From contig OY740802.1 in the NCBI GenBank assembly GCA_963514005.1, positions 36,208,001 to 36,272,000 on the forward strand: DNA of 64,000 nt, read 5' to 3'. How positions within the stretch are numbered: position 1 is the first letter of the stretch; the number at the start of each line of letters is the position of its first letter. The notes beneath the pieces are model-generated. The model saw nothing but the letters and a program-made list of their open reading frames with translations, was not told the origin of the DNA and ran no database searches. This document shows positions 11,605 to 24,261 of this stretch, one piece after another. Position numbers and translations under genes: made by a program. This DNA comes from Raja brachyura. Taxonomy: Eukaryota.

Positions 11605-12297
11605 AATCAACTGGGCAGAAATCTGCTTTGTTTCTTGTATTAAAATAATCTTCGGAACAGCGAGCATTTGGAAGAGGAGGTTCCGATCATGAGGATAGAA
11701 TGCCAATGATTTGAAAGGCTTGATATATCCTGAGATGGGAGTCAGGGAGGTGGGGCTGTGATCAGTGACATTGCTCTTGTCTCACGCAGTCTAACCCAGC
11801 GAACATCAGAGGTTGGGGAATCAACACATGGTGAATTTATATAATCACATACAGTTAATACAATAGAAACAAATATCCGGGATTAATTTGCAAAGGATCT
11901 GGTGACAGATTTGGGATCACCAGAAACACATCCCTTCTGAAACAATTGGCCCGGTTCTACCTACACATTAGTGGGTTCCTCGCAAGGTTAGTTTCAACGG
12001 GAAATAAGTATTGGGTTTTAGTGTTCCTTCTGAGAACAACGCTCAGTGTGGCCGGCTCCCGAGAAGCATTTTGGCAAATGCGACATTGATGAAAACGATG
12101 CTCGAACAATCAGCCCTCTTAGATGGATGCAAAGGAACCCGTGGCACCATCGCGAATAGTTCCCCTTGGTCTCCTAAACAGTGTTTATCGCTCAGCGTTA
12201 GGCTTGGCCAGAAAATACTGGCATCCGTGGGTTAAATTTCAGGAGTGATGTAGAGTAATTAAACGTTCTCTTTCCACAAATGCATCCGTCACCATCG

Positions 12298-12592
12298 GTC
12301 ACATTTCGGGTCACATCACCTATTCATTCTCCCCAGAGATGTTGCCTGTCCCGCCGAGTTACTCCAGCATTTTGTGTCTATCTTTTATCGTCAGTGTTGT
12401 GCAAACCTGGTGCCACGATGATCACAACAGAACATTTCCGCAACACTGCTCCGTGGGCGATTCCGGCAAATCCCAGACAAGCTGGAAGTGGACGAGAGGA
12501 TAGAGACAAAAATGCTGGAATAACTCAGCGGGACAGGCAGCATCTCTTGAGAGAAGGAATGGGTGACGTTTCATGTGAGATCCTTCAGTCAT
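12298..12592. mobile_element. Two Penelope-derived half elements upstream of the CpG island
   Basis: gagttactccagcattttgtgtcta (about 12356-12380) and the opposite-orientation arm at 12499-12590. Confidence 0.65.
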
Positions 12593-12594
12593 CC

Positions 12595-13140
12595 GATCAC
12601 CGAGAGAGAGCGAGGGAGCGGGGCCCCGGTTCCGCCCCACGGTCCGCGCTCCGCCCTCGGCCAGCGGCCAACGCCAGCCCCCTCGGGCAGTGGGGAGGGG
12701 TGCAGACCGGCAACCCCACCCCGCTCGCCCACATCGCCGTAAAAAAGCACCGCGCCGGTCTAGCCGCGGGGGCGGCGGCCCGGAAAATAAAGTTTGTAGA
12801 AGTTTGAGAAAGTTTGTGGCGGTGGCTCCCATGATGCCGCGGTGAGTCGACACTGGCCCCGCCCGCAAGCTGCTGCACCGAGCGACCAACAGGCACGGTA
12901 AGCGCAAGCAACCCGGTCCCGGCTCACAACCCGCGCCGATCAGCCCCGGGTCAGCGGGCTGGCGGCGCCCGGAGCGAGCACCGGACTGGACTGGACTGGA
13001 CCGGGCGCTGGCGCCGCAGGGGTCCGATCCAGGGGCTCCCCGGCCCGGCTAGAGGTCAAGTCGGACACACTCCTCCCCCCCACCCCCCCCCCCCTCTGGC
13101 TTCATTACCCGTTCAAAATAAGCCCGAGTGGCACAGAGCC
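12595..13140 (+). promoter_or_regulatory. COX4I2: CpG island / COX4I2 promoter and non-coding exon 1
   Basis: Dense CpG, GC boxes, ETS-like ccggaa at about 12780. Strong donors CCGCG|GTGAGT (12841/12842) and CACG|GTAAGC (12897/12898) lie upstream of the ATG-containing exon. Confidence 0.7.
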
Positions 13141-13865
13141 AAGGACGGCAGGCGGGAATCGCATGGAGGGAACAGTGGGAGGGAGACTGGGGGTGAGCGA
13201 GAAGAGAGGAGAAAGTGGTGGCTGCAGGATATAACCGGGTTTGGAGAGAGGGGTGAACAGAGAAGATTTAATGAAGTATGAGGGAGAGCAGCTGATGTGC
13301 AGCGGGTGAGTGAGAACGGAGGAGAGGTGAGCCGGAGTACACGGGCAGGAAGGGTGTGCCACAGCGGAGACTGTGCCTTAGATCGGGCCTCTGTGGAAGA
13401 ACAGGAAGTTGCTGCACTCTTACAAGAAAGGCTCGACTCGCAGCAGTTGCCAGTACACGGCGAGTTCGCAATAGGCGGGAGCCGCCTTATCATTTGTCAC
13501 ATGGGGAATGAGAATGACTGTCTCATCATGTACCAACGTTACTTCCTCGCACGATTGTGTTGGCACAATTCAGGGCCATATGCGTTTTAACACTGGCAAC
13601 CTTTTATTTCCCGGAGTTGATATTCATGACACGTGGGGAATGGGAAGGTGATTCAGGGCGAGTTGTCAGTGACACCGAAACATGAAGGTTGGAAACACAG
13701 TGGCCAAGGCATTCCAACACATCTTTCTGCACTATATTGGTCTCTTGGCCCAGCTGGAGCTCCCTGCTCCTAAACCCAGGGCACGGGTTATGCACAGTGA
13801 CATTCAATTTTCATGAGCCATTGATAAAATGCTTGCCAGCAATTCAGATTGCTGTCTTTCCATGG

Positions 13866-13950
13866 TAGTCAAAAATGCTGGAGAAACTCAGCGGGTTGAT
13901 GCTGCCACACCCGCTGAGTTTCTCCAGCATTTTCGTCTACCTTCGATTGA
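13866..13950. mobile_element. Short Penelope-derived hairpin
   Basis: aaaatgctggagaaactcagcgggt ... acccgctgagtttctccagcatttt inverted pair. Confidence 0.75.
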
Positions 13951-14416
13951 ACAAGAAGAGACAAAGACTTAAGACTTTTGCCTTCCACCACAGTGAGGAG
14001 GTGCCTGGTGAACTCACTGTGGTGGATGTTAATTTGTGTTTATTGTGTGTTTTGTTATTTTATTAAATGTATCACTGCAAGGCAACAAAATTTTGTTCAG
14101 ACCGAAAGCTCTGAATGACAATAAAGGATACTTTACTTTCCAGCATCCACAGTTCCTTCTTAAACATGCTGTCTTTCCATAATGTGCAAGCATACTGCAT
14201 ACACAGGTGTTGAAACTCCTTTTGTCCCATGGCACAATGTGATTGAACCACATCCAGCATTCCTAAAGCAGGGAGAAAAACAAACTCCATGTTTGGAAGA
14301 TTTATCCACCCACCGTCCATGTTTAAATGTTTCCCATTGTGCCTTGCTTCCAGTAAAGCCTTGCTGTGTCCTGCTTGGAAAGGCTTTCATATGAAACACA
14401 ATGAATTGTATGTTGT

Positions 14417-14523
14417 GTAGGAAGAAACTGCAGATGCTGGTTTACACCGAAGATAGACAGCGGGCCAGCCAGCTTCTCTGGAAAGAAGGAATGAGTAATG
14501 TTTCGGGTCGAGACCCTTCAGAC
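14417..14523 (-). mobile_element. Penelope-derived insertion just upstream of COX4I2 exon 2
   Basis: ggaagaaactgcagatgctgg ... tttcgggtcgagacccttcagac; 15-bp TSD-like repeat 14402-14416 / 14524-14538 (13/15). Confidence 0.7.
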
Positions 14524-14548
14524 TGAATTATGTGTTGTTTGATTGCAG

Positions 14549-14639
14549 ATGTTACGCTTTTCTGTGTTTCGAGGGGCTAACCTCCTGAGAGCTCGAAATC
14601 TTTTATCTGCTGCCGGTGTTCGAACAGTTCATGGACATG
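14549..14639 (+). CDS. COX4I2: COX4I2 coding exon 1 (mitochondrial presequence): MLRFSVFRGANLLRARNLLSAAGVRTVHGH
   Basis: ttgcag|ATG acceptor; Arg-rich presequence with no acidic residues; phase-1 donor CATG|gtaagc; 91 nt, in frame with the next exon. Confidence 0.88.
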
Positions 14640-16604
14640 GTAAGCATCTAGCCATCTTGCATCCAAATCACCACCGATTCCCAGCCACTGCCACATGACC
14701 AGATCTGCACATAATCAATAATGTGGTCTAAGTGAAAAAATGAGATAGTGGACAGATAATGCAAAAGCCTGCACTAATGACCAAAAGCGATGAGTTCAAA
14801 TCCCCGTATTGCGAAAAGAAGAATAACGTTCAATTAATTCCATAAAAGTGAGCTCAATAATGGTGAAATTAATGGATTGTGAAACATGTTTCTGCTTCCT
14901 TTTATCTTTGAAGAAGGAAGTCAGATCTGTAAGGAATTCGAGATGTTTCACAAGAGTGAATGTTAACTTAAATAGTCTCTCAATTCATTCACTACACTCT
15001 GAATAAAATCACATGGTAAAAGTTGATGGACCCACAGGAGGTATAGCTGACCAGATGAAGTGCACATCACTAAATCTGGATGAAGATCCTCCTTTGGTCA
15101 CCAACCAGGGACTCCTGATAGGTCTTATATGAAAACTGGCTTGGACAATGTTGTGATGCAGTGCAGGATTAAATAGATGGCTGGCAACTGAATTCTGGGT
15201 TGACATGTGAAGAATATTCCACTAAAGCAATACATTGCATGTTAGGTATGGAATAAGGGACTACCGAGAAGGAGATGAGGTATGAAACAATCCCATGAGA
15301 ACACAGGGTATTACCTGAAGCAGACCCTACTGGTATAATTAACTCCTCCAAACCTTCAGATAATTTATTGACCAGAGTGACTGAACGGAAGAAGCACTGG
15401 TGCCAGAGAAGAGCAGGATGCCCCACTTACTGCAAGTGATGGCTGCTAGCCAATACCACAGTTCATGCAGTGACAATGGTTAATGAGTGCTGAATACTGT
15501 CTGGTGATCAGCTGAGAGTGTGATGGATTTGATTTTAGTCCCTTCCAATGTGTCTGATTGAAGCAGACGTATTCCAGAATATGTCTGGAATTCAAATCAT
15601 TCTACTTTTATGGTTGAGCCAGTGAGGGATGTTTCTACAGGAAAATAGGATGACATTGGTAACAGAGCGGCGGGAAAGGATATCGCGACTCAGCTACTGA
15701 AAATCTTTCAATGCTGTCTCATTCGGCCCGACTATGGGTGAACTGGGGATGGGACTGGACTTTGCTGCCTTCCCCACAGTGGGAACCATTGTGGGGGGAT
15801 GTTTTCATGTTTACTGTTAAATTTTTTGATGTTGTGTCTTATCTTTATTTGTGTGCTGCATGGCAAGTCAAATTTCACTACACCAATTGTTGTATGTGAT
15901 AATAAATGTCCTTTGGCCTTTGTTTAATATTTGAGGGCAGTTGCAGGACAGTGGGTGCAAAATAAGGCCTCAGCCTATGCTGTTCTAAGGGGAGGCATGT
16001 GAGATGTTGGAATCTGGAGCCAATAAAACAATTGCTGAAGGAACTCAGCGAGCCAAGCAGCATCTGTGAAGCAAAAGGCATAGTTGATGTTTCGGGCGTA
16101 GACCTGCATCAGGACATTGTCAAATGCCTCTTTGCTTTCATAGGTGCTACTTCACCCACTGACTTCCTCCATTATTTAATGTTATTCTAAATATTGATAC
16201 AACTCCAAAATAATTTCAGTCTACCAAAAAAATGGTGAATTTTGGACATCTGAAACTGAAAATACTGGAACTGTTCCGCAGAGAGGGAGCATCAATGACA
16301 GAGAAGCAGAGTTAATGTGTTTGGTCAATAATCTATCATCATAATATAATTATTTATTGAAAGTAATATGTCTGATCCAACAGCAACAGAGGTTTGCAGT
16401 CCATCACTGCAGGTTCCTTCTGTATTTGCTATGTATGGGGCTGTGGAGGGGAGTGTTAGCGAGACTGGTTGGAAGGAACACACAGACTGTCCACCAGAAG
16501 AGAGCGGAGGTACAGGGAATACAGGACCCACTGTAGACGGTCAGGTATAGGGTGTGACACACTGTGCACATGATTTGCTAATGGCTCTGCACACTTTTAT
16601 CCAG

Positions 16605-16769
16605 AGATCGTTAAGCAGGAGGACATGACAGTGCCGATGTACTGGGATCGGAAGGATACACCACTCCCGGATATTCCCTATTTTAAGGAGCTGAATGCCG
16701 AGCAGACTGCACTGAAAGAAAAGGAGAAGAGTTCGTGGACAAATCTGACCAACGAGGAGAAGGTCGCAT
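16605..16769 (+). CDS. COX4I2: COX4I2 coding exon 2: [55 protein letters not shown]
   Basis: ttttatccag| acceptor, |gtaaga donor, 165 nt; COX4 motifs PLPD and ALKEKEK.W..L..EEKVAL. Confidence 0.96.
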
Positions 16770-17084
16770 GTAAGAGAACCTGAGCCAGTTGGCCATTGAC
16801 ATTTCTTCACTTTGACTGGATAATGATGTTGAGTAACTGAATAGTTTGCATTACTTGAAGTCAGTGTTTAAACCAGGTGCCCCCACTGAGCTACAGTCAA
16901 CAGTCAGAAAGTAGAGACGTAATAAACTGCAGATGCTGAAATCTCGTGTAGGACACAGTGCTGGAGTAACTCAGCGAGTCAGGCAGCATCTCTGGAGGAT
17001 ATGAATAGGTGACGTTTCAGATTGTGACCCTTATTCAGACAGGTGGAAAGTAGATGGGTGACCACCATGAAGGGTAAAGGGAAT

Positions 17085-19875
17085 AGGCAGAGAGTGCAAG
17101 AATCCCCTGTGGAAAATCCCCTCTAAAACAGGTACAAGGGGAGATGACCATTCAGAGGAGAGCAGTAGCAGTCAGGTCTGAGGCACAGCATGGAAGGGAG
17201 AAGTCAGGCAGGGCTATGGTGACAGGAAACTTGATTAAAGTTTTAAACTTGATAGTTTAGGAGACAGACAATAGATCCTGTCGCTGCATGCAGATCACCG
17301 TGGTGGTGTGTTGCCTTTCTGTGTCAGGGTCCAGGATGTCTCTGAACAGCTGCGGAACATTCTCAAGGGAGGAGGGCGAGCAGCCGGAGGCCATTGTGCG
17401 CATTGGCACAAACGGCATTGGTCGGAAAAGGGATAAGATCCTGCAGAGTGAATATTGGGAGTTCGGTAAAAGGTTGAACAGCAGGGTCCTCGAGGGTAGT
17501 AATCTCCAGATTACTCCCAGTGCCAAGTACGAGTGAGGATAGGAATAGGAAGATAGGGCAGGATGATTGTGTGGCTGAGGTCTTGGTGCAAGGGGCAGAC
17601 ATTTAGATCATTGGGATCACTTCTGGTGCGGAGGTGTGGGTTGCACCCGATCTGGATGTGGAACAATATCCTGGTGGGCAGGTTTTATGGTGCTACTCGG
17701 CAGGATTTAAGTAGATTGGCAAGGGATAGGATCCAATGCAGTAGTGAGGCAGGAAATTGATACAGAAGTCAGTGGTAGCCAAGTTTAGTAGAAATGATGA
17801 TCAGGAGCACAGCAAGGGGTGAGAAAAGATGTCGGATTAAATTGCACCTCTTTCAATGCTAGGGGCCTGACAGATAAGCCAGGTGAATTCAGAGTGTAGA
17901 TGGGTACATGCGGCTGGGTCATTATAACCATTACAGAAACCTGGCTAAAGAAGGGGCAAAACTGGCAGCTGTGTACAGGTGTTATGGCGAGAAAGTTGAA
18001 GGTTAAAAAGTAAGGCGAGTTGCATTATTTAATAAGGAGGACATCACGGCAGTGGACTGAGATGACATTACTGAGGGTTCATCCACTGAGGATGTTGATG
18101 GAGCTAAGAAACAAAAAGGGGATTTTCATATTGCTGGGAGTGTACTTCAGGTCTCCAAATAGTAATCGGAAAATGGAGGACAAATATGCCAGGAGATTGC
18201 AGTCAGCTGAGTGAAGATAGTGTTGTAATTGTATGGAATTTAACTTTCCCAATATGGACTGGGAAAGCCATAGCACCGATGGCTTAGATTGTGTGGAATT
18301 TGTCAAATGGGTTCAGGAACGTTTCCTTGGGCAATCTAGAGAATGCCCTATAAGGAAGAGGGCAAAGCTTGACTTGCAGTTAGTGAACTGGGTAGGACAA
18401 GTGACTAAAGCCCCTGTCCCACTTAGGAAACCTGAACGGAAACCTCTGGAGACCGTGTGCCCCACCCAAGGTTCCCAGAGGTGTCCGGGGGTTCCGGTCA
18501 CTCTCCATGAGTCACCAGTGGTTCTGGCCAATTGCCTGGAAAGCCTCAACCGAAGCGTGAACTGCATCAACTGACCAAAGATCCTATAGGATCTTTGTTG
18601 CCGACCACACACACACACACACACACACAGCGAAGGTGGGGGCCAGGGACAGCGGAGGAGCGCTTTCTGCGTATTGAAGTGGAAAATAAGCGGCTGGCCT
18701 CTGGCCCCCACCTTCGCGCTGTGTGTGTGTGTGGTCGGCAGCAAAGATCCTTTAGGATCTTTGGTCAGTAGATGCAGCTCAGGCTTCGGTTGAGGCTTTC
18801 CAGGCAATTGGCCAGAACCTCTGGTGACTCATGGAGAACCACTGGGAACCTCACAGAAACCTTGGGTGGGGTACACGGTCTCCAGAGGTTTCCGTTCAGG
18901 ATTCCTAAGTGGGACAGAGGCTTAACACTTCAGTGGATGGACGCTTTGGGGTATCAATCAGCATAGTTCTATTACCTTTAAAATAGTTATGGATAACGAT
19001 AGGCTTGGTCCACAAGTCAAAGTTCTGAATTGGGCCAAGGCCAACTTTGGTATGAGACAGGAACATGCAAAAGTTGATAGTAGGAATTTGGAGAGTACAT
19101 TTGGAAAGTAGGATAGTGAGAGTTCACGGTATGCATGTTGCTGCTAGAGTGAAGGGCATGGCAAGTAGCATTAAGCTACTGTCGATGAAGAGAGAGATTA
19201 GGGCTCTCTGGTGAGGAAAAAGGAGGAGGCATGGGTGAGCCATAGGGAACTGGGATCCCGTGTTTCCCAGAGGAGTATAAGGAAATCAGGAGCATATTTA
19301 AGAAAGTAATCCAGACAAGGGGGGCAATGATATATCTCTGGCAAATAAGATTAAGGAAAATCCCAAGATATGTATATATATTTTTATCTGGAGAGAGAAT
19401 AGGGTCCCTCAAATACCAAAGTAGCCATCTATTTGTGGAGCTGCAGGAGATGGGCAAGGTCCTCAATTCATATTTCTCTTACTTTACTGTGAGGACTTTA
19501 CTCCTTGGAGCATAGGAGGCTGAGGAGTGATCCTCTAGAGATGCAGAGAATAATGAGAGGAATACATAAGGCAAATGCACAGAGTTTTTTCCCCCAGGGC
19601 GGGGAAGAGCTAGGTTTAGGTGAGAGGAGAAAGATGTAATAGAAACCTGAGGGTAAACGTTTTCACACAGAGGGTAGTAGATATATGGAATTAACCACTG
19701 GATTAAGTAGTTGCAGAAGTAGAATAACATTTAAAAAACATTTGCACAGGCACATGGATATGAAAGGTTTAGAGGGATATGGACCAGGCACCTTCAAATG
19801 GGAATAGGTTGGATGGGGCATCAAGGTTAGTCCGAATGAGTTGGGCTGAAAGTCCTGATTCCATGCTGTATGACT
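17085..19875 (+). mobile_element. Old internally deleted CR1 LINE (ORF1 esterase, endonuclease remnants, 3' end)
   Basis: IVRIGTNGIGRKRDKILQSEYWEFGKRL (SGNH-esterase ORF1); ILLGVYFRSPNS and FNFPNMDW (APE); degenerate CR1 3' UTR at 19600-19875. Confidence 0.85.
18409..18922. mobile_element. PIF/Harbinger-type MITE, near-perfect palindrome, inside the CR1
   Basis: TAA TSD (18406-18408, 18923-18925); TIR agcccctgtcccacttagga / tcctaagtgggacagaggct; inverted arms extend more than 200 bp. Confidence 0.9.
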
Positions 19876-20029
19876 GATATGGTCAGCCTAGTTGTGTGCC
19901 TCACTCCCAAAAAGGGAAGACAATCCATCACTTGATCCCTGCGTTATTCTGGTCACTTTGTGCAGTAGAGCAGTGTCCAACACTGCAACCTGGGGTGAAT
20001 CAAAGTTCATTTCTTGGGTACATGTTCAT

Positions 20030-20230
20030 AATGGTGGTGAATCTGTGGAATTCTCTGCCACAGAAGGTAGTTGAGGCCAGTTCATTGGCTACATTTAAGA
20101 GGGAGTTAGATGTGGCCCTTATGGCTAAAGGGATCAGGGGGTATGGAGAGAAGGCAGGTACAGGATACTGAGTTGGACGATCAGCCATGATCATATTGAA
20201 TGGCGGTGCAGGCTCGAAGGGCCGAATGGC
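20030..20230 (+). mobile_element. CR1 3' fragment
   Basis: VVNLWNSLPQKVVEASSLA...GEKAGTGY*. Confidence 0.9.
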
Positions 20231-20755
20231 AGAATTTGCAACATCCCTGGATTATTTGTTAAAGGCCCAGGAAAGCTTGGCCGGTGGAGCCAATAGTTTT
20301 AAGCTGCATTCAATAGCATATCCAACGGCAAGCTAAGCTGTTTGTAACACAGTTGTAGACACTTGTGTAATCACATGACCCATTGGGTCTGTGGGTAACA
20401 TCACTGTCATTTCTGGGGGAGGAAAAAGGTAGAAATTGTCTTGCTAAATAATGCAGATTTCTCATGAGAAGGGAAAATCCTGCTCTCACCGGGACCGCAG
20501 TAGAGAGCAGAGTCTATGGGGAATGTTGAAACTGTCCTGAACTTTCCATAATTTGAACTGAACTTTCCTGGACTTTCTATAACTTAAGACCTGCAACGGC
20601 CCCAAAAACACAATAGTTCTCTATAACTCAGAAAATGATTTTTTTTCCCTCTAAAACAATGAGAGAATTTCTGACCATTTCATTTGTTGTGGGGGATAAT
20701 TCAGGGAATGTTTTCTGTCTCCTTGTGGATTGATCCCATGTTTGCTTTAATCTAG

Positions 20756-20887
20756 TGTACCGTGTAGCCTTCCACCAGAGCTACACGGAGATGTCCAGAA
20801 AAAGCAACGAGTGGAAGACTGTGGTGGGCGGTGTGTTCATTTTCATCGGATTCACTGGCCTGATTGTGTGGTGGCAGACAGCCAATG
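20756..20887 (+). CDS. COX4I2: COX4I2 coding exon 3: LYRVAFHQSYTEMSRKSNEWKTVVGGVFIFIGFTGLIVWWQTAN (transmembrane helix)
   Basis: tttaatctag| acceptor, |gtgagc donor, 132 nt; SNEWKTVVGG and the TM segment are diagnostic of COX4. Confidence 0.97.
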
Positions 20888-22024
20888 GTGAGCCCCCTTT
20901 CTGCACTTATCCCTTTTCCATCATCACACTTTGTAAATGACATGGTGGAGAGATTATTGGAATTGAGGAACCCTTGTTACTGATTAGATCTGGCTTATTT
21001 ACTGACAGGTTCAGTCAACTACTGGGCTTTGTGCAGCACTGACTGCTGTCAACTGGGGCTTCAGAACTGGCAGTAGTTTGTGATTGAGTGGTTTTTTTTT
21101 TCCACTTTCCCTTCAGTTCATCCCAGGCTGCTGTGAGGGCCCTTCATAAATAGCAACCTCTTGACTGTAAAACTTATGTATAGGCTGCTCAAAAGAATAA
21201 GGCATTTCTTAGCTAATCTTCTCTCAATTCAAACATTTTTTTCTCAATATAATGGCACCAGCTATTGGCATTTACCAGTTTATCCTGTATCCTGCTCATA
21301 AACAGTTTATAATTTTCAGCAAAGATAGACATAATGTTGGAGTAACTCAGCAGGTCAGGCAGCATTTCTGGACAAAATGCATTGGTGACTGTTACAACTC
21401 CCGAATGCAGGTACTTCAGAGCCGCGTAACATAGTCAAAATCCAGGTTCAAGTTCAAGAAAATAGTCTTTATTTAAGTTAAGGGAAGACAAAAACCCTAA
21501 CCTGATTCAAACAACACAGTCAGGGACAAGAATAGACTAACAAACAAATATAACAGTGCTCCAGCCAGCCTCGCAAAGGGCCGTCGATCTAGAGTCTCTA
21601 ACCTGCCTAAATGGAGATAACCCCGAAACAAAATACACGAAAACCCTCAGTTCAGCCCTTATCCGTCCCAATTCAATATTAATTGACAAATATAGGTAAC
21701 AATACACAAAGTTCTATGCCATGTGGCCAGGCCTCCTGCAGCTCACACCAGCAGCCTGTTCACTAGTCAGGGTCGACGAAGAGAAAGAGAATTCTGGGAG
21801 ACTCCTGGTATTTAAGCTTCCGATGAGTCACCCGTCACCTGACGCAGTTTGGCCAATCGGGTACAGGAGCCCTTAACCCCTTGATTCCTGACTCCCAGCC
21901 ACGGGGCCTGCACTCGGGAGAGAAACAGAAAAGGAATGTACAGAGCATTCACCGGGGGGGGGGGGGGGGGGGAGAAAGCACCTAACACCCCCACCCAAAG
22001 ATACTGAATAAGCTTCGGAAGAAA

Positions 22025-22765
22025 CTATTCAGTACTAAAACACTGCTGGCTGGACAAGGCGTCAGCCAAGATATTATCCTTGCCCCTGATGTGCCTGAGC
22101 TCCAGGTTGTATTCTTGCAGCTGCCAACTCCAGCTCATTAACCGCCGGTTCTTATTCTTCATTTTCTGCAAAAAAACCAAAGGGTTATGATCCGTGAATA
22201 CGATGACAGGGACATTCGAGGAGCCCACATACACCTCGAAATGATTCAGAGACATTAACACAGCAAGGGTTTCTTTCTCAATGGTGGAGTACCACCTATG
22301 ATGGGGATTAAACTTCTTAGAGAAGTACGAAACTGGATGCCCCACCCCCTCTGAATCATCCTGTATAAGAACCCCACGATCACTAGCATCCACTGCCAGC
22401 TTAAATGGACGCTCAAAATCAGGTGCCGCAAGCATAGGTGCGCGCACCAGAAGACCTTTAGTATGATGAAAGGCTTGTTGACACTCAGCGGACCACACAA
22501 AAGCTACCTTCAGACTCAGCAAATCCGTCAAAGGAGCAGCCACTGCAGAGAAGTTTGGACAGAACCCCCTATAGTACCCAGCCATAGCCAGATACCTACG
22601 GAGTTCAGTCCTAGATGTTGGAACAGGAAATGCGACAATATGTCCCACCTTGTCCTCGAGAGCACGAACCTGACCCCGGCCCACCGTCTTACCCAGATAC
22701 GTCACCGTGGCCTGGCCAAACTCACACTTCCCCAGATTGATCATTAGGTTTGCCTCCGCTAGACG
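22025..22765 (-). pseudogene. Gypsy RT C-terminus + RNase H
   Basis: NLGKCEFGQATVTYLG, AGYYRGFCPNFS, FKLAVDASD, YSTIEKETLA, VFTDHNPL, GKDNILADALS. Confidence 0.93.
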
Positions 22766-24261
22766 ACAAAATACCCTTAACGGGAAAACACGGCCGTAAC
22801 CCAACAATTACCCGGCCTGAAACCAACTCGGACTCGAGACTCACGGTATGCAAAGGCACTACCATGTCCTCCAACCCGAATCCTACCACAGGGACACTGG
22901 ACCCAACCGATGACTCCCCAGAAAACGGCAGTACACTATCCAATATAAAGGACTGAGTAGCACCAGTATCACGCAAGATGGATACTGGAACTCTATGACC
23001 CACATCCTTTAGAGAAACAAAACCTTTTGTGATGAACACAGAATAATTCCTACACTCATCAGACGCGGGCATCCCAGGAACCACAGGTGCTTTTTGTGTA
23101 CCCACCAAAGCCACAGGCTTTGCATTTTTCTTGTGCAGGACGGGACCCGACTTTAAGATGTGCCCGCTCCCTTTACAATAGTAGCACACAGGACCTTCCT
23201 TAGTCCTGAAATCTCCGACAACCTTATCAGCTCGGACCTCCCCCTGTATCAATGTGTTGACGCTTGCAGGCATAGAAACAGCTTTGACACTGCCACCGGA
23301 TACACCACCACGATTAAACAGCCGTGCACCAAAACTATAGGCTCGCCCAACAAACTCAGTTTTATGAGTCAATACATACTCATCTGTTAACACCGCGGCC
23401 TTAGACATCTCCGTCATCTTCTGCTCATTAAGGTAAAGTAGCAACCCTCTCAGGGAGACAGTTCTTAAAGTCTTCCATAATCATCAAGACCCGCAGCAGC
23501 TCAAAATCCTTCACTCCTTGAGAAGTGCACCACCTGTCAAAAAGTGCCTCCTTCTCCCAAGCAAACTCCACATAAGTCTGACTATCAAACTTCCTAAAGC
23601 GCCGGAACTTCTGCCGGTACGCCTCTGGAACTAATTCATAAGCCCTTAATACCGTAGACTTCACACACTCATAGTCCCGACTGCTGTCAACTGATAAAGA
23701 CGAGTACACCTCCCGTGCTTTACCCACAAGGACACACTGCAATAGCAAGGCCCACATGTCCCTAGGCCACTTCAAGGACGAAGCCACCCGTTCAAACACT
23801 GCAAAATACTTGTCCACATCCTTCTCATTAAACGGGGGAACCAGGCGGATGTTCTTGCTCATATCAAACCCGTTCCCTAGAAGAAACTCGGGAGGCATTC
23901 AATTCCTTCTCCTGCAGCTCAAGGCGTTTCATTTCAAGCATGAGCTCTTTCTTAAGGCCCTCTCCTCCTTTTTCATTTCAAGCTCCTCCTTTTTCATTTC
24001 AAGCTCTAACTCCTTCAATCGAATGAGGTCCCCCATTTCCTGACCAGGCTGTGTAGAAGATAGAGGACTGTCTGCACCAGCAGGCAATACCCCACTCCTC
24101 ACCAACGCAGACCTTAACACCGACTTTATAGACTCTTTCTTCAAATGCTTATCAATAGACACCTTATAGCTCTCTGCCAGCACAAACAAATGCTCCTTCG
24201 TACATTTATCAAACAACTCCCGACTAGGAGCCTCAGTAAAGTCCTCCACTTTAAACTCCAT
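22765..24261 (-). pseudogene. Gypsy gag (SCAN-related capsid, degenerate CCHC) + aspartic protease, frameshifted
   Basis: VPPFNEKDVDKYF, LKWPRDMWALLLQ, AYELVPEAYRQKFR, CYYCKGSGHI, ILRDTGATQS. Confidence 0.9.

Noticed and set aside
12280-12911. Overlapping 100-175 aa ORFs at the CpG island
   Set aside because: GC-rich, stop-poor sequence plus Penelope fragments; no protein motifs.
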